Shown here: positions 1-12,000 of the stretch, piece after piece
Layout: the number at the start of each line of letters is the position of its first letter
How positions within the stretch are numbered: the first letter of the stretch is position 1
Source: Ruditapes philippinarum
Taxonomy: Eukaryota
DNA length: 64,000 bases
Direction: 5' to 3'
NCBI RefSeq assembly: GCF_026571515.1
Contig: NW_026862677.1
Location: 62,001 to 126,000, forward strand
Notes under the pieces: generated by a model
The model's input: the letters and a program-made list of their open reading frames with translations, nothing else
Told to the model about the DNA's origin: nothing
Database searches by the model: none
Position numbers and translations under genes: made by a program

Positions 1-247
1 GGGAATGTTTAAAAATCATTTTTAGGAAGTAAAAACATAATATGAATGGGAAATCAATGCATGGTCAAAAAATATGCTGCCCTCATAGAGGGAAGAAAAT
101 TACAATAATTATTATGTTAATATAATTATATTTCATTCTGTCATTGTCATTGCAAAGACAGAACTCTGCTCATACCCCAGGGAACTGCTACACCACATCA
201 AGATCAATTAATGGGGGAGTGCATAATTATCAGTATGCTTGACTATA

Positions 248-1435
248 GATTACTGGAGGTTACGTACCACGGAGGATACGTACCAGGAGGTTACGTACCA
301 TTTTTGGAGGTTACGTACCACTTATATATTTTGGAGGATACGTACCATATATATAATTTATATAAAATACAAATAATATAGAGCATAACAATTATAAAAA
401 AAGGACCGAATTATAACTTTAATATTACTTTTTAAAAATCACATAAGAGCAATTAATATAAATGCAAACGTTTTACCGATATCTATGTATGATTATCACA
501 CATTCAGAAATGAGTAATCTAACAAATCACAAACAAATTGCAAACTATTGACATATGAGTGAATACACTGATTTATAATTGCAAGTCTCCGTTAAGTAAT
601 ACTGATTTTTTAAAATGAAATTTTGCGGCGATCAACTTTTACAGAAAGCAAGCATGCATAATTTCTTTCTTAATAAGAAAACTTATTAATATTTAATTTC
701 AGGTTGTTGACAACTCGCAATAAGAAGTAGACCACCTTTAAGTTCCAGCAATGTTACACGGCACTACGAGTGCTGTAGCTGACATGATGGAAGTCGAGCA
801 ACGGCTGGCACATATTTTTAAAAATACTTGTTAATTGTGTATTGTTGTTTCATTTCAGAGCGTGTAACATAATTATTGTTATTTTCATTTTATGCACGGT
901 TCAGTTAACGTGTAAATGAAACTTAATGTAATGTATAAATGATAAAATATGTAACGCTTGTTTAGTTTTTTTTATTCAAGGTAAGTAATTTTGTCCGGTA
1001 TATTAACATGCATATTATTATTGCTTTTGATTATTTTGTTTATTCAGTTAATTTCAGTTAAATGCGTATAAATAAAACAATAATACTATAAATGAAAAAA
1101 AAATGTTTGTTTTTTTATATATTAGCTGTGGTTTGTTTCATTGTACTGTTCATTTCAGTTTAGTGCGTGTAATTATATTAGTGTTATTAATTATTTTAAG
1201 TTTGGTGTTGTAAATAAAACTTGTTATTATCGTTAATTGCGGTTTGTTGTTTATTCTTATATATTCATACATATTTAATCTCATTACAAAATACAATTAA
1301 TGCGCGAATTTGAACAATAAACGTGATATAGTTTCACACCTTATCCCTTATTATCACTTTATTATATATTTCTATAGTGGTACGTAACCTCCAAAAATGG
1401 TACATTTATGCAGTGGTACGTAACCTCCAAATTCC
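248..1435. mobile_element. Non-autonomous TIR DNA transposon (MITE/foldback, MULE- or hAT-like) with reiterated subterminal repeats
   Basis: GGAGGTTACGTACCA-type motif repeated 5x at 255-350 and in inverted form (GTGGTACGTAACCTCC) at 1377-1392 and 1413-1428; 8-bp direct repeat TGACTATA at 240-247 and 1436-1443; no ORF inside. Confidence 0.75.
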
Positions 1436-1766
1436 TGACTATATATATGCCTTTATTTCTTCAGGGGCTTGAAATAGAACTTAAAGGTTTCTTCAAATGT
1501 TCGATTTTTAATAGTATTAATATCAGTTTTCTTCCAATGCCAGAATGCTTCACTACAAAACCTAAAAATCTCTTTGTGTAACTAAATATCTTAAAACAAA
1601 CAATGTTTAGTATTTCTTTCAACTATTTCTTTAAAGATACCTGAATAATTAAATTACAGGTAAGATTTACCTGTATTTTATAAAAAGCATTTTCCCCAGT
1701 GAACATTTTATGCATTAATTTTAAATTTTCATTTTATAACCTTTTTTTAATTTGATTAATACTTAC

Positions 1767-1981
1767 TAATTTCCAATAACACTACTTTTGTCGAAATTTT
1801 GTGCTCCTGGTAATCTCTTTAATTCCTGATGTTGTGCGACAGAAAATCCAAAATAACTATTATCCGGTCCTTCTTTAATCACTGGAATAACAGTGTCTAA
1901 ATTAAATCCTAAAACTGTCACTAAATGTATACATAAAATTACACAGGTGTGTAATAAATTTATATTAGGACACTCCGCCAT
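1767..1981 (-). CDS. Integrin alpha subunit (PS1 / alpha3-6-7 laminin-binding class likely), first coding exon; gene continues leftward out of the window
   Basis: Signal peptide followed by FNLDTVIPVIKEGPDNSYFGFSVAQH, the mature N-terminus / first FG-GAP repeat of integrin alphas. The ORF-track stop overlaps a GTAAGT donor at 1766-1761, so the exon ends at 1767. Confidence 0.88.
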
Positions 1982-2339
1982 TATCTGTTAGGTGACAATT
2001 TAGTGTCGCACCTGTTCACGAGCAAAAATAAGATTAATTTTCAGCTCCACATAAAATATATTTCAAGCATATAAGAACAAAAAATTATGCAATAATACTT
2101 ATTTGATTTAAATTATCCAACACACTGAGGATACAATCGCATTGTATTGTGTTCAATGACACTACACGCTCCTGAAAATATGTGTTTTAGCAAGAGTTGT
2201 CTCCCTTTGACAATGTCGCAGAGGGCGTCAACTTAGCTAGTTACTTCCGGGGAAAAATGTCAACAAGACAAAGATGTGACATGTAAATGGAAAATATATT
2301 TTAAATAGTAGAACATATCGCAATAAGAATTCGAAGAAA
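1982..2339. promoter_or_regulatory. Bidirectional promoter region between integrin alpha and BLOC1S1
   Basis: Only 358 bp separate divergent ATGs; contains ETS-like ACTTCCGG (2243-2250) and AGTTGTCTCCCTT (2195-2207). Confidence 0.6.
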
Positions 2340-5300
2340 ATGTTATCAAACTTAATTAAAGTACACCAAGCCAAACAGTCGGCGAGAAAAGAGAGACAAG
2401 GTAGAATTGTCACATGTTTTCGCGAGTTTAAAATTATTATGATAGATATCTTTATCCATGGTCAAAGGTAATTTGATGTGAAAAAATATTTTCCAGAATT
2501 TAGTTAGATTGTTCTTCCCCTTGACAGTTCCTTCCATTACTTTTCCTATCCATTTGTTTGTGCTACTTCATGATTTCACCAACTATTAAACAAGTACTGG
2601 ACCCCTGACATGCCATGACATTTAACAGGCCAATGAGATTAATTCTTTATGTACAGTCACCCGCAACAATATGAAAAGAAGGTAGCCCTGCAAATACCGA
2701 CAATATGTCGGTCAAAAGCTATACATAGCTTATGTTTTTGTAAAATGTTATATATGTATACCGACAATAAATAAATTTTGATTTGATTTGAGTGCTAGGC
2801 CTAGGGGCTCATGCAAAATATCCAGGGACACTGTCCAAGACTCAAACATGTAATGAAATCTTCCTCGTTGTTAATGTCTACACACTGAAAAAAGATAGTA
2901 TGAAAAACGACAAGCCCGCTGTCAAGCATAGATGTTGTTGAATGTTGTGATACTGAAAGAATTTGTTTAAAAAAAAAGATTTTATTAAGTGACATAGGCC
3001 TGACATTATTTTCACTGCTGTTGAAAAGACTACTTGCTTATAAAGCAATATTGAGTAATTAAACTGAAAATCAACACATAAAAATTGATATTTTTTCATT
3101 ATTTGTTTGCTTGTTTTTGTTTGCAGAGAAAAAGAAAAGAGAAGCAATAATTGCAGCATCTGCACTAACTCATTCCCTGGTGGATCACCTGAATATAGGG
3201 TATGAAACTTAAATACAAACTTAAGATTTATTAAATAATTTTAATTATGTCTTATTCTGCTAGCGGCAACTGAATCCACCAATGCAACCACTGCAGACCA
3301 GAATCAGCTGGTATATCTACTGTAGGCACTGGTCGCTATTCAAAATCTGTTAGTACTGTGAACTGTGTGAACAGTGCCTACAGTGAAATTTTAAAAAAAT
3401 CCCTAAATGATGAATAATTTTATCCATATTTAAAGATGGACTTGGCTATTTAGGATATTTAGCAGGTTAAGGGTTAATTTGGACATAATTATACTTATAA
3501 TAAAACCATAAGCTTACAGATTGATAATAAAATTATAACCAGTTTGATTGTACAGGTACAAGTACATGTTATAGGCTTTATCATGTACAGTTAAACATCT
3601 GTTATACAATAGTGATATTCATTGTAAGAATTAAAACAATTAAAATGTTCAAATACAAATGTTTATGTATCATAACATTTTTCAAAATATAAGCAAGTCA
3701 AGAATAATGATTTTTCTTATCTTAAATGCTAATATTATTTATAATCCTAAAGTGATCCATTTCTTATTTCTATATAATTATGTGTAATTGAAAATAAATT
3801 GATAAGCCAACAAAAATTTAGTGTAATTTAATTTGATTTGTTTCAGAGTTTCAAGTGTATATATATGTCACCTTTTTTTGAAACAAAGAGTCTATTAGAG
3901 TGATTAGAAAAAAAAAATGACTTGATTTCTTTCAGAGTGGCAAATGCATATGTGAACCAGAAAAAGCTGGATACTGAAACAAAGATTCTGCAAGCCAATG
4001 CTGCTCAGTTTTCAAAGCAAACAACACAGTGGCTCAAACTGGTGGAGGATTTTAATACAGCTTTAAAGGTTTGCTTTATAATAGACACATACTCATGATG
4101 ATTAAACTTACATAGCGGTGGCATACTGTACTGTACAGGCATCTGCGTTTCAACCCATGGAATGGTGGTGGTGGTGGTAGTTTTCATGGCAGTAAGCCAA
4201 AGTGAATTTACCAGAGCACAGTTTACCCATCTATGCTGTTATATGCTGTCAAGCAGTTTACCAGTACTAGTTGCCTTCACTTTTGCAAGGAGCTGATAAC
4301 TTCTGTACATGCAACAGCAGAGGTACAGTGTGAATGGTAGTAGAAAGGATTTTATGATCAATCTCAACGAAAGTGATTTGCACCATTTGGGAATTGAACT
4401 CGGGTTGTCCGAATCCCAGTCCAACGCTCTAGGTATTGAGCTAACCAAACAGTTCAATCCTTGGAATGTGGTTCCATCACTTTATTTAGTGAGTCTGGGA
4501 GTCAGACACTGGAAGCATTTATATGAACAAGTATTTTATAATATTAATAAATGTGATACATGAACTTGCTTTTACTATAGGGCTCCAATAAATATGATTA
4601 ACTAGGATGCATAATTATTTACAATAATTATTATTGTACTGAAACATTACATGTTGTTGGCAATTTTCTGAATGTTACATTTTTTTTGTAAGATTTTAAA
4701 TATGTTTTATAAAAGTTCTGTAATAGTTCTGTTTTGATTGGGTTGTAAGTCAAAAGAAATATGGTAAAGATTATTATGGTAACTTTCCAGCTTTACTGGT
4801 AGAGAATGATAGACAAATGATAGATTATACCAAAATCACTTGCATGAATGCCAAAAAAATCATCTACCTTTTGTTTGATACCAGGGTAGTTTCATCATTA
4901 TAAGAATTAAACGTCTCTGGTAAGATTTGAACCCACAACAAATAGGGACAAGTGATTCTAAGACTATGATCATTGCCATTCAAAAATATTTGTTAATAGC
5001 TTGACTGTTCAAAGAATAGGGAGAGCTATTGTACTCTTGTCAATGTTGGTGTGCCGTCAAAATTTGGTTAAGTTTAAGCAAGCAAGTTGATTATGATATA
5101 ATCTCCAAAGCTGCTGAATAGTATGAGTTGAAACTTCACATATTTGTTCTCTGTGATTATCTATGTATTTCAGTTTGTTTTATCTTTACTTACAGGAAAT
5201 AGGGGATGTTGAAAACTGGGCAAAAAGTATTGAAACAGATATGAGGACTATATCAAGTGCCCTGGAATACACATATAAAAGAAGTAAGTCAGTCAAAGTT

Positions 5301-5775
5301 TTTTTAACCTCGACCATGCTAAATTTCTTAAATAGACATATCTGTCTTTCATGGACTAATAATATCTATCATGTTGCAGTTAAGATTGGAATATCTGTCC
5401 TGAGGGGACCTGCCCATGGACAGGTACTCAATGGCAGATATTCTAATCTGAAGCACAAAAAGACATTTCCCTATTTTCAGATATTTTTTTCTTGTATATA
5501 CCTACATATTCTATTATAATTTAAGTTCTCTTCCTCAATAAATCAATTTTTCATGAACACTTATGTCAATTTTTCTTACAAATTAATAGCGTAAGTATTT
5601 ACAACTTCGTTCATAAGGCTGCAATGTTTCATTTTTAATAAAGCCGAAATTATGTCATTTTAACACTGTTCATTTATGGACTAAAATGTCACCATTGTAT
5701 AGCACTTGAAAGCAATGCAGTAAGACTACCTGAAATATGTTAAACATTTATTTTTTTCTTTCAGATGAAAGTTAG
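2340..5775 (+). CDS. BLOC1S1: Biogenesis of lysosome-related organelles complex 1 subunit 1 (GCN5L1)
   Basis: Exons 2340-2400, 3127-3199, 3936-4068, 5196-5283, 5765-5775, all GT-AG with compatible phases. Protein [57 protein letters not shown]...[37 protein letters not shown] closely matches BLOC1S1. Confidence 0.95.
4185..4447 (-). mobile_element. tRNA-derived SINE (Meta-domain-like, bivalve type), degenerate, in a BLOC1S1 intron
   Basis: Minus strand has a tRNA-like head (TAGCTCAA...GAGTTCAATTCC, A/B boxes) followed by GAGATTGATCATAAAATCCTTTCTAC...AGTACTGGTAAACTGCTT, resembling the Meta central domain. Confidence 0.65.
4740..4980 (-). mobile_element. Degenerate tRNA-derived SINE, same family as 23960-24090 and 48640-48883
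   Basis: Shares CAGCTTTACTGGT and GATTTGAACCCACA...GGACAAGTG segments with the 48.6-48.9 kb copy. Confidence 0.5.
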
Positions 5776-7416
5776 CCATAAGACTAGAGATCTGTGATAC
5801 ATATTTTAGTTGTAATGGTTGAAAATCACATAGTTCAGAGAACAGATACTTTGACTGTTAACCCAACTTTGGATATATTAAAGCTATGGAAAGACAGTTG
5901 CAAAGATACTTTGAAGGTTGAAAAAAAACTCTTAAAATCAGACAAAGAAGGATTTGTATGTACATTTCCTAATTACTCACAAACTTTGTATTGTACAAAA
6001 TATATAAATGTATATATATGCTTAAATGATTATACAAAATGTACTTTCTGGTCTTCATTGATAGAATGCTTTTTGTATAAATTCATCTGGGAGAACGACT
6101 TATAATTTATATAAGAAGCCATTGTATGTGTGGAAGCAATATCCATATTGCACTTTGTTCCTTTTGTTTTTGATTTCGTATTTTAAGATGAAAAAACATA
6201 TTATATTTTAATGCATACACAATCTGTTTTTGCTCACAATGGATGCAAACACAAATTTAAAACAAGAACCCGTATAATTTTTTTTTCTTATTACAATAAT
6301 CATTAACTTGGTATCAGAGCATTTTTTTCATCAGTTAAGAGGGTTAATGTACATTACATCTCGACATAAAGGAGGATTCTTGAAGTTAAAAGTAAAAATG
6401 TAAGAGAAACGAAAGAAATGACTGTGAATGTTAGAGTAAAATTTTGGCCCTTACTTCATTTAATAAAGAAAAAGGAGTGAATTTGGTTAGAATTTTATAT
6501 AAAATGCTGTTTAAGCATGCATATTGTATTTGTTTGATGATGGCTTAAGTATATTAATTTATTATATACCTATAAATTTTCTCCCTAAAATTCAAGCAAA
6601 TCTTGAAGCGCTTATGCCCTTCAATTGATAGAAATATCTGTATTATGTTAGTGACAAAAATGTTTTAAATATAGAAATGCTGGATTATTTTTCTCTATTG
6701 GTTCCCATTTTAGCTGTGCATTATGTAGGATTTTGGAATCGAGAAGAGATACCTTGTAGGGTGTGGCCTCTTCAACAAAAATGATGCATTCATCCGTCAT
6801 TCATGAATATTATTTCTTGCCAGCTATATTTTGTGAAAATAACTGATAGACGTTCAGTAGATTGTATCTCTTTATGTCTAAGAATTTTATAGGTATAAAA
6901 TAAAAGGATATTATTGTCATCTTAATGTAGTAATGGGTTGACTCCTTATATAATTTAATACGAGTTAACCAGTTACTGCACTAAGGTGACATAATGTTGT
7001 AGTAGCTTTCTGAGGTGATGTATTTTGCTACGTACTTGCATCCTGAGAAAATTGATAATTGTGAGACCAAAGGTCAATTATGTCAATTTTCCAATGTTGC
7101 ATGTAGATATTACATTTTCTTCAACAGTACAAAGTATGTATTTAATTATATAGAAAATGAATGCTTGTTTTTTAATATTAATGTTTGTGTGTTATATTTT
7201 TTGCTAAAAAGACTAAGATTGGACACTTTTTGTTGAATGATACACGTGTATATGAAATTGATTTTGTTTGTATGATAAAATGCTATTATGTTATGTATTA
7301 TTTATTTTTGAAATGTAAATGCAAATAAATATATGAAAACTGTAAAGTTGTTTTCTTAGTTTATTGGATTTAAAGTTTAACAACAAGCTGTTGGGAAAGA
7401 CAAATACTTGAATTAA

Positions 7417-7665
7417 AGCAGCATGCCTCCAGTTTATGCTAATTTTCATGAAAATTTTGAAAACATACTTAAAAGTAAAATACTATAACATGAACAATGA
7501 AAGTAATTTACACATTGCATACAGCATTTACATTCCATGTAAATTACAACAGAGGCCAAAAGATGCAACATAGCCCTTACTTCACTAGTCACACAGTGGA
7601 AATATGGTGTCATTTTTCACAAGTTTGTCATTGAAAATTTTGGCTCATCTCAATGCATGCAGCTA
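7417..7665 (+). mobile_element. TTAA-flanked MITE family B, degenerate copy
   Basis: Begins TTAA|AGCAGCATGCCTCCAG and is colinear with the copies at 14222-14558 and 15410-15756. Confidence 0.6.
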
Positions 7666-8318
7666 TAAACATCTTTCTTACACCCTCTTAAAATTTCTAT
7701 AAGTAATAAGACATGCATGTATGGTCCCCATTTCAGAATTGCTTCAGTTATTCAGAGTATAAAGCTGAATAAAGAAAACCTTTCAGTGACTTGTTCTCAT
7801 GAACTTATGAATAGATCTTCCCAAGACTTGAATGGTTCTATCTTAGGTTAATGTACAAAGACTTCAGTAAAGCACAACACAAGTATATGTAGTTGAAACA
7901 GGAAACTTTCATAATTATGTTGTCTTTATAATGTAACCGTTGAACTTACCAGTGAGGTCAGATTGGAACAACCCCTAGCCATAGCATACTGGTAATACTT
8001 GTAAATGACTGTAAACATGACCTGCTGAAATGTTTACTTGTAGAGATAATGATTATGATGACATATAAGAAAATTTCCATAAGGTCGCCAATTATAATTT
8101 AAGAAAGTTATTTACTTGACCTCTTGTGATTGCAACAATATAATATTTGTTATGCTATTTCAACAAAATCCTAATCTGAAATGAACAAAGATAAAAAAAT
8201 TTTTTAAAGGATACTGCAATCGTAGTGAGCAAAAAATTTACAATTATCTTAATGTGTTCTTTATAGCAATTCTACATTTTTTTTTGTACATTTTTTTTTG
8301 CAACCAATATAGGATTAA

Positions 8319-8642
8319 AGGGTTTTTTGACATGACGTGACTTGAAATATTTTTCCGGAAATTTGTATATTATTTGATGTAGATCTAGACCAATAACTTG
8401 TGTGCATATTTTCAGATCCTTTTTTGCACCATTTTTCAAGAATAATTATTTCAAATTTGCAAAATGACCCAAAATGAAAAGGCTGCAATGCTATCCACTT
8501 AAATCGGACTTAGAATTGCACACAATCAATCAATATTCAATTCAATTCTGAGTATTTTCTTTTCCTTTCCAGATTTTTCCATTTTAAATGATTAACTTCA
8601 TCTATAGTGTTTTTAGACTTTTTGACCTCAGTGAAACGCCTT
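8319..8642 (+). mobile_element. TTAA-flanked MITE family A, degenerate copy
   Basis: Colinear with 9996-10349 (GGTTTTTTGACATGAC...TTTGATGTAGATCTA...AAAATGACCCAAAA...AAATCGGACT). Confidence 0.6.
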
Positions 8643-8795
8643 CAATATCAATAATATAGGAAAATATTCAATATAAATAATATAGGAAAATATTCAATAT
8701 CAATAATATAGGAAAATATTCAATATCAATAATATAGGAAAATATTCAATATCAATAATATAGGAAAATATTCAATATCAATAATATAGGAATAT
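8642..8795. repeat. 26-bp minisatellite, about 6 copies
   Basis: Unit TCAATATCAATAATATAGGAAAATAT repeated nearly perfectly. Confidence 0.9.
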
Positions 8796-9006
8796 ATACG
8801 AAGAGTATCAACATAAAATTTTGACCAGCAGGACTGTTGAAAATTCTTCTTACATTTGAGATAACAACAGAATAATTTTGCTTTATGAGTTTATTTACAT
8901 TTCTATTTAACAAACATAACAAAATAATTTATTATATAACAATATATCACTTCATTATCACATCCTGTTTAAAATAAAATTAAATACCTTATTTCATTAT
9001 ACACCC

Positions 9007-12000
9007 TCACTTATTTGTTTTAAATATATCTTTAAAAGCGGTCCATAAATCTGAATACGACACTTTTTGTGGCGACTCAAATTTCTTGAAAATGTCACCA
9101 TGATACGAAACACCCGTACCTTCAGGTAAATACTCCTGAATATTACTACTCACACGTTTATATTCTTTCTCAAAGTTATAAGTCATCATTTGCTTGTCTA
9201 AAATAGGAACTATAAGGTTATAGTTAAATATCTTGTTATTTATATCCTTCAAGGATGTTTTGAAAGTTTCTGTAATGTCCGCCATATTGGCCTCTCGGTC
9301 CTCCGGGCGTGTAAGGTTTTCACATCTTTTTATGTCCTTTGCTAGTTTCTGTCTACAAGCACGTATGTCTTCTCTAAATAGAAAGATACAAAATGGATTA
9401 AAATAAAACATAAATATGCATCTAGCAAACACATCTTATAACAAATGTATCAATAGTTTGACAAGAGGGTCAAAATAACCCAATAAATTAACAAGATCAA
9501 GATGCAAATCTTAAAGCCCCAAAAGAGACAGTACGTTACTACCAAGTGGATTATAAAATGTCCACCTCTCTACACTGGCATTGTGGTTCTAACTCAAACC
9601 AAGGAGGTTACCATACTTCATTATCAGACCCCAACTATAATTTATTCCAGAAATCCAAAAATAATCATAATAAGACCTTATTCACAACTGAACTTTAATG
9701 AATACATTTATGTTTAAACTAGTAGTAACTGAACCTCAATTCAACATTTTGTCTTAAAATATCACTCCACACAAAAAGAAAATCTTAAAAGATAAAAATC
9801 TCTCTTAATTAGATTTGTGTCTTTTATTTTAACTTAATTTGCTTGACCTTTAAATGGTGTTTTACAATGTTGGACATAGTGCTCTAACACATTATGAGCT
9901 AATTCTGAGACAGGGCCAAATTTGGCCATTAATGAACCCTTTTAACCGGAATGGTTACCGTCTGCTGATTATTATGCGAACAACGTTACCCTTAAAGGGA
10001 CTCCACTGAGGTTTTTTGACATGACTGGACTGAAAATAATTTTTTGAGATTATTACTCCATTTGATGTAGATCTATACTAATAACTTATGTGCAAAATTT
10101 CAGATCATTAGCTTGCTCCGTTTTTCCAGAATAATTATTATAATAGTGAAAAATGACCCAAAATTGAAAAGCGTTTAAATGCTTTTCACTCAAATCGGAC
10201 TAAAATAGCACAAACATATGATTTTCAATGTATTTCTTCTATATTTTTTGGTTATATTTTATTAATATTTATGTTTTAAGTGCTCATGTTTATCTATGTG
10301 AAAAAATAAAATTTATGTTTTGAGGCTTATAAACCTCTGTGGAGTTCCTTTAACCTCTGTTCTGGAACCAGTAGTGATAAACATTTTCCGCCAGTATTGA
10401 GCCTGTACATTCGTGTAGTCGGACCAGGCTTGATTTTTGTATTTTTCCATTGAAATCCCTTTGAATTTTAGTGGACTGATCCAAATCAAAGAAGGGCAAA
10501 TCCACCTCACAAATTAAACAGATTACAATATAAAATGAAAATACATGCCTTATTTCCTTTTGTTTAGATATCCAGTTTGGTAGTAAATCCTCGTCAAGCA
10601 AAATCTGATTGAGTTTTTGTGTAGTACGGTCCATGTATGGATTATCTTTGCTGAAATCTAGTGGTTTGCCCATCCCTGAAAGGTTATCAAAGTGACCTTG
10701 AGACATGGACTCTACAATCATATCCTCCACAAGTCTGTCTAGTGTGTTACTGTAATATAAAGAAAAAAAATTTTTTTGCTTGACATTTCATTATCAATGG
10801 ATAAGAATCACAAATGAAAAAAAAATATTCATCAGTATGAAAATTAATAGATTGTCATTGATAACAACAAATAGGCATTAATGCACTAATAATTAATGCT
10901 TTCATATGATTCTTAACAATTTAACCGTATTTCAATCGCTGATATATAAAAAAACGCATTCAAGTTTTTCCAGCAGCATAAATGAAGAAGAAAAAATCAA
11001 AACTAGTAATGTGTCCATGGGACACGGGTGCCCCCACACTCCACCAATTTGTCAATCTTGTGTCTCTAGGTAAAATTTTTTTTTGGCTACATATGCCCAA
11101 ATTGAAAACTAAAAATCTTTTATTAAGTAAAGGGCAAATACTACAAATAATGAACAAGAGGGTAATGATGGCCCTGAGTCGCTCACAAGAAACAACAGCT
11201 TATCAGTGTTGGAATGTCAATATATTCTATTAAATTTGAGCATAGAATATGTTTAAACGATAATTTGAAGAAATGCCATGTCCTGAGGCATTTAAGCTTT
11301 AGCTTAAACGGGGCTAATCAAATTAATATGAGCAAACTTGATAAAAGACTACCTAAGAATGCTACTAAGTTTGGTGATCATCTATCAATTATTTCAGTAG
11401 GAAATGATGTTCGGAGGCTTTTCCTATTTTAAGCTTTAGTGGCCCCTAAAAGGGGCCAATCAAATTAATATAAGCAAACTTGATAAAAGAGTACCCAAGA
11501 ATGCTACAGACAAAGTTTGGTGATCAGCCATTAATTAGTTCTGTAGGAGAAGATGTTTAAACGTATTTCTATTTTTAATTTTAGCGGCCCTAATCAAATT
11601 AATATGAGCAAAATTAATAAAAGACTACCAAATAATGCTACAGACAAAGTTTGGTAATCATCCATCAATTAGTTCTGTAGCAATAGACTTTTAATTGTAT
11701 ATCTATTTTTAATTTAAGCGGCCCCTAAAAGGAGCCAATCAAAATAATATGAGCAAACTTGATAAAAGACTACCCAACAATGCTTCAGACAAAGTTTGGT
11801 GATCATTCATCCATTAGTTCTGTAGAAATAGACATTTACAGGTATTTCTATTTTTAGCTTTTGTGGCCCCTAAAAGGGGCCAATCAAATTAATATGAGCA
11901 AACTTGATAAAAACACCTCTCGAGAATGCTACAGACAAAGTTTGGTGATCATTCATCCATTAGTTCTGTAGAAATAGACATTTAAAGGTATTTCTATTTT

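Noticed and set aside
5794-7236. Short ORFs downstream of BLOC1S1
   Set aside because: AT-rich, non-ATG starts, no domain; consistent with BLOC1S1 3' UTR (AATAAA near 7324).
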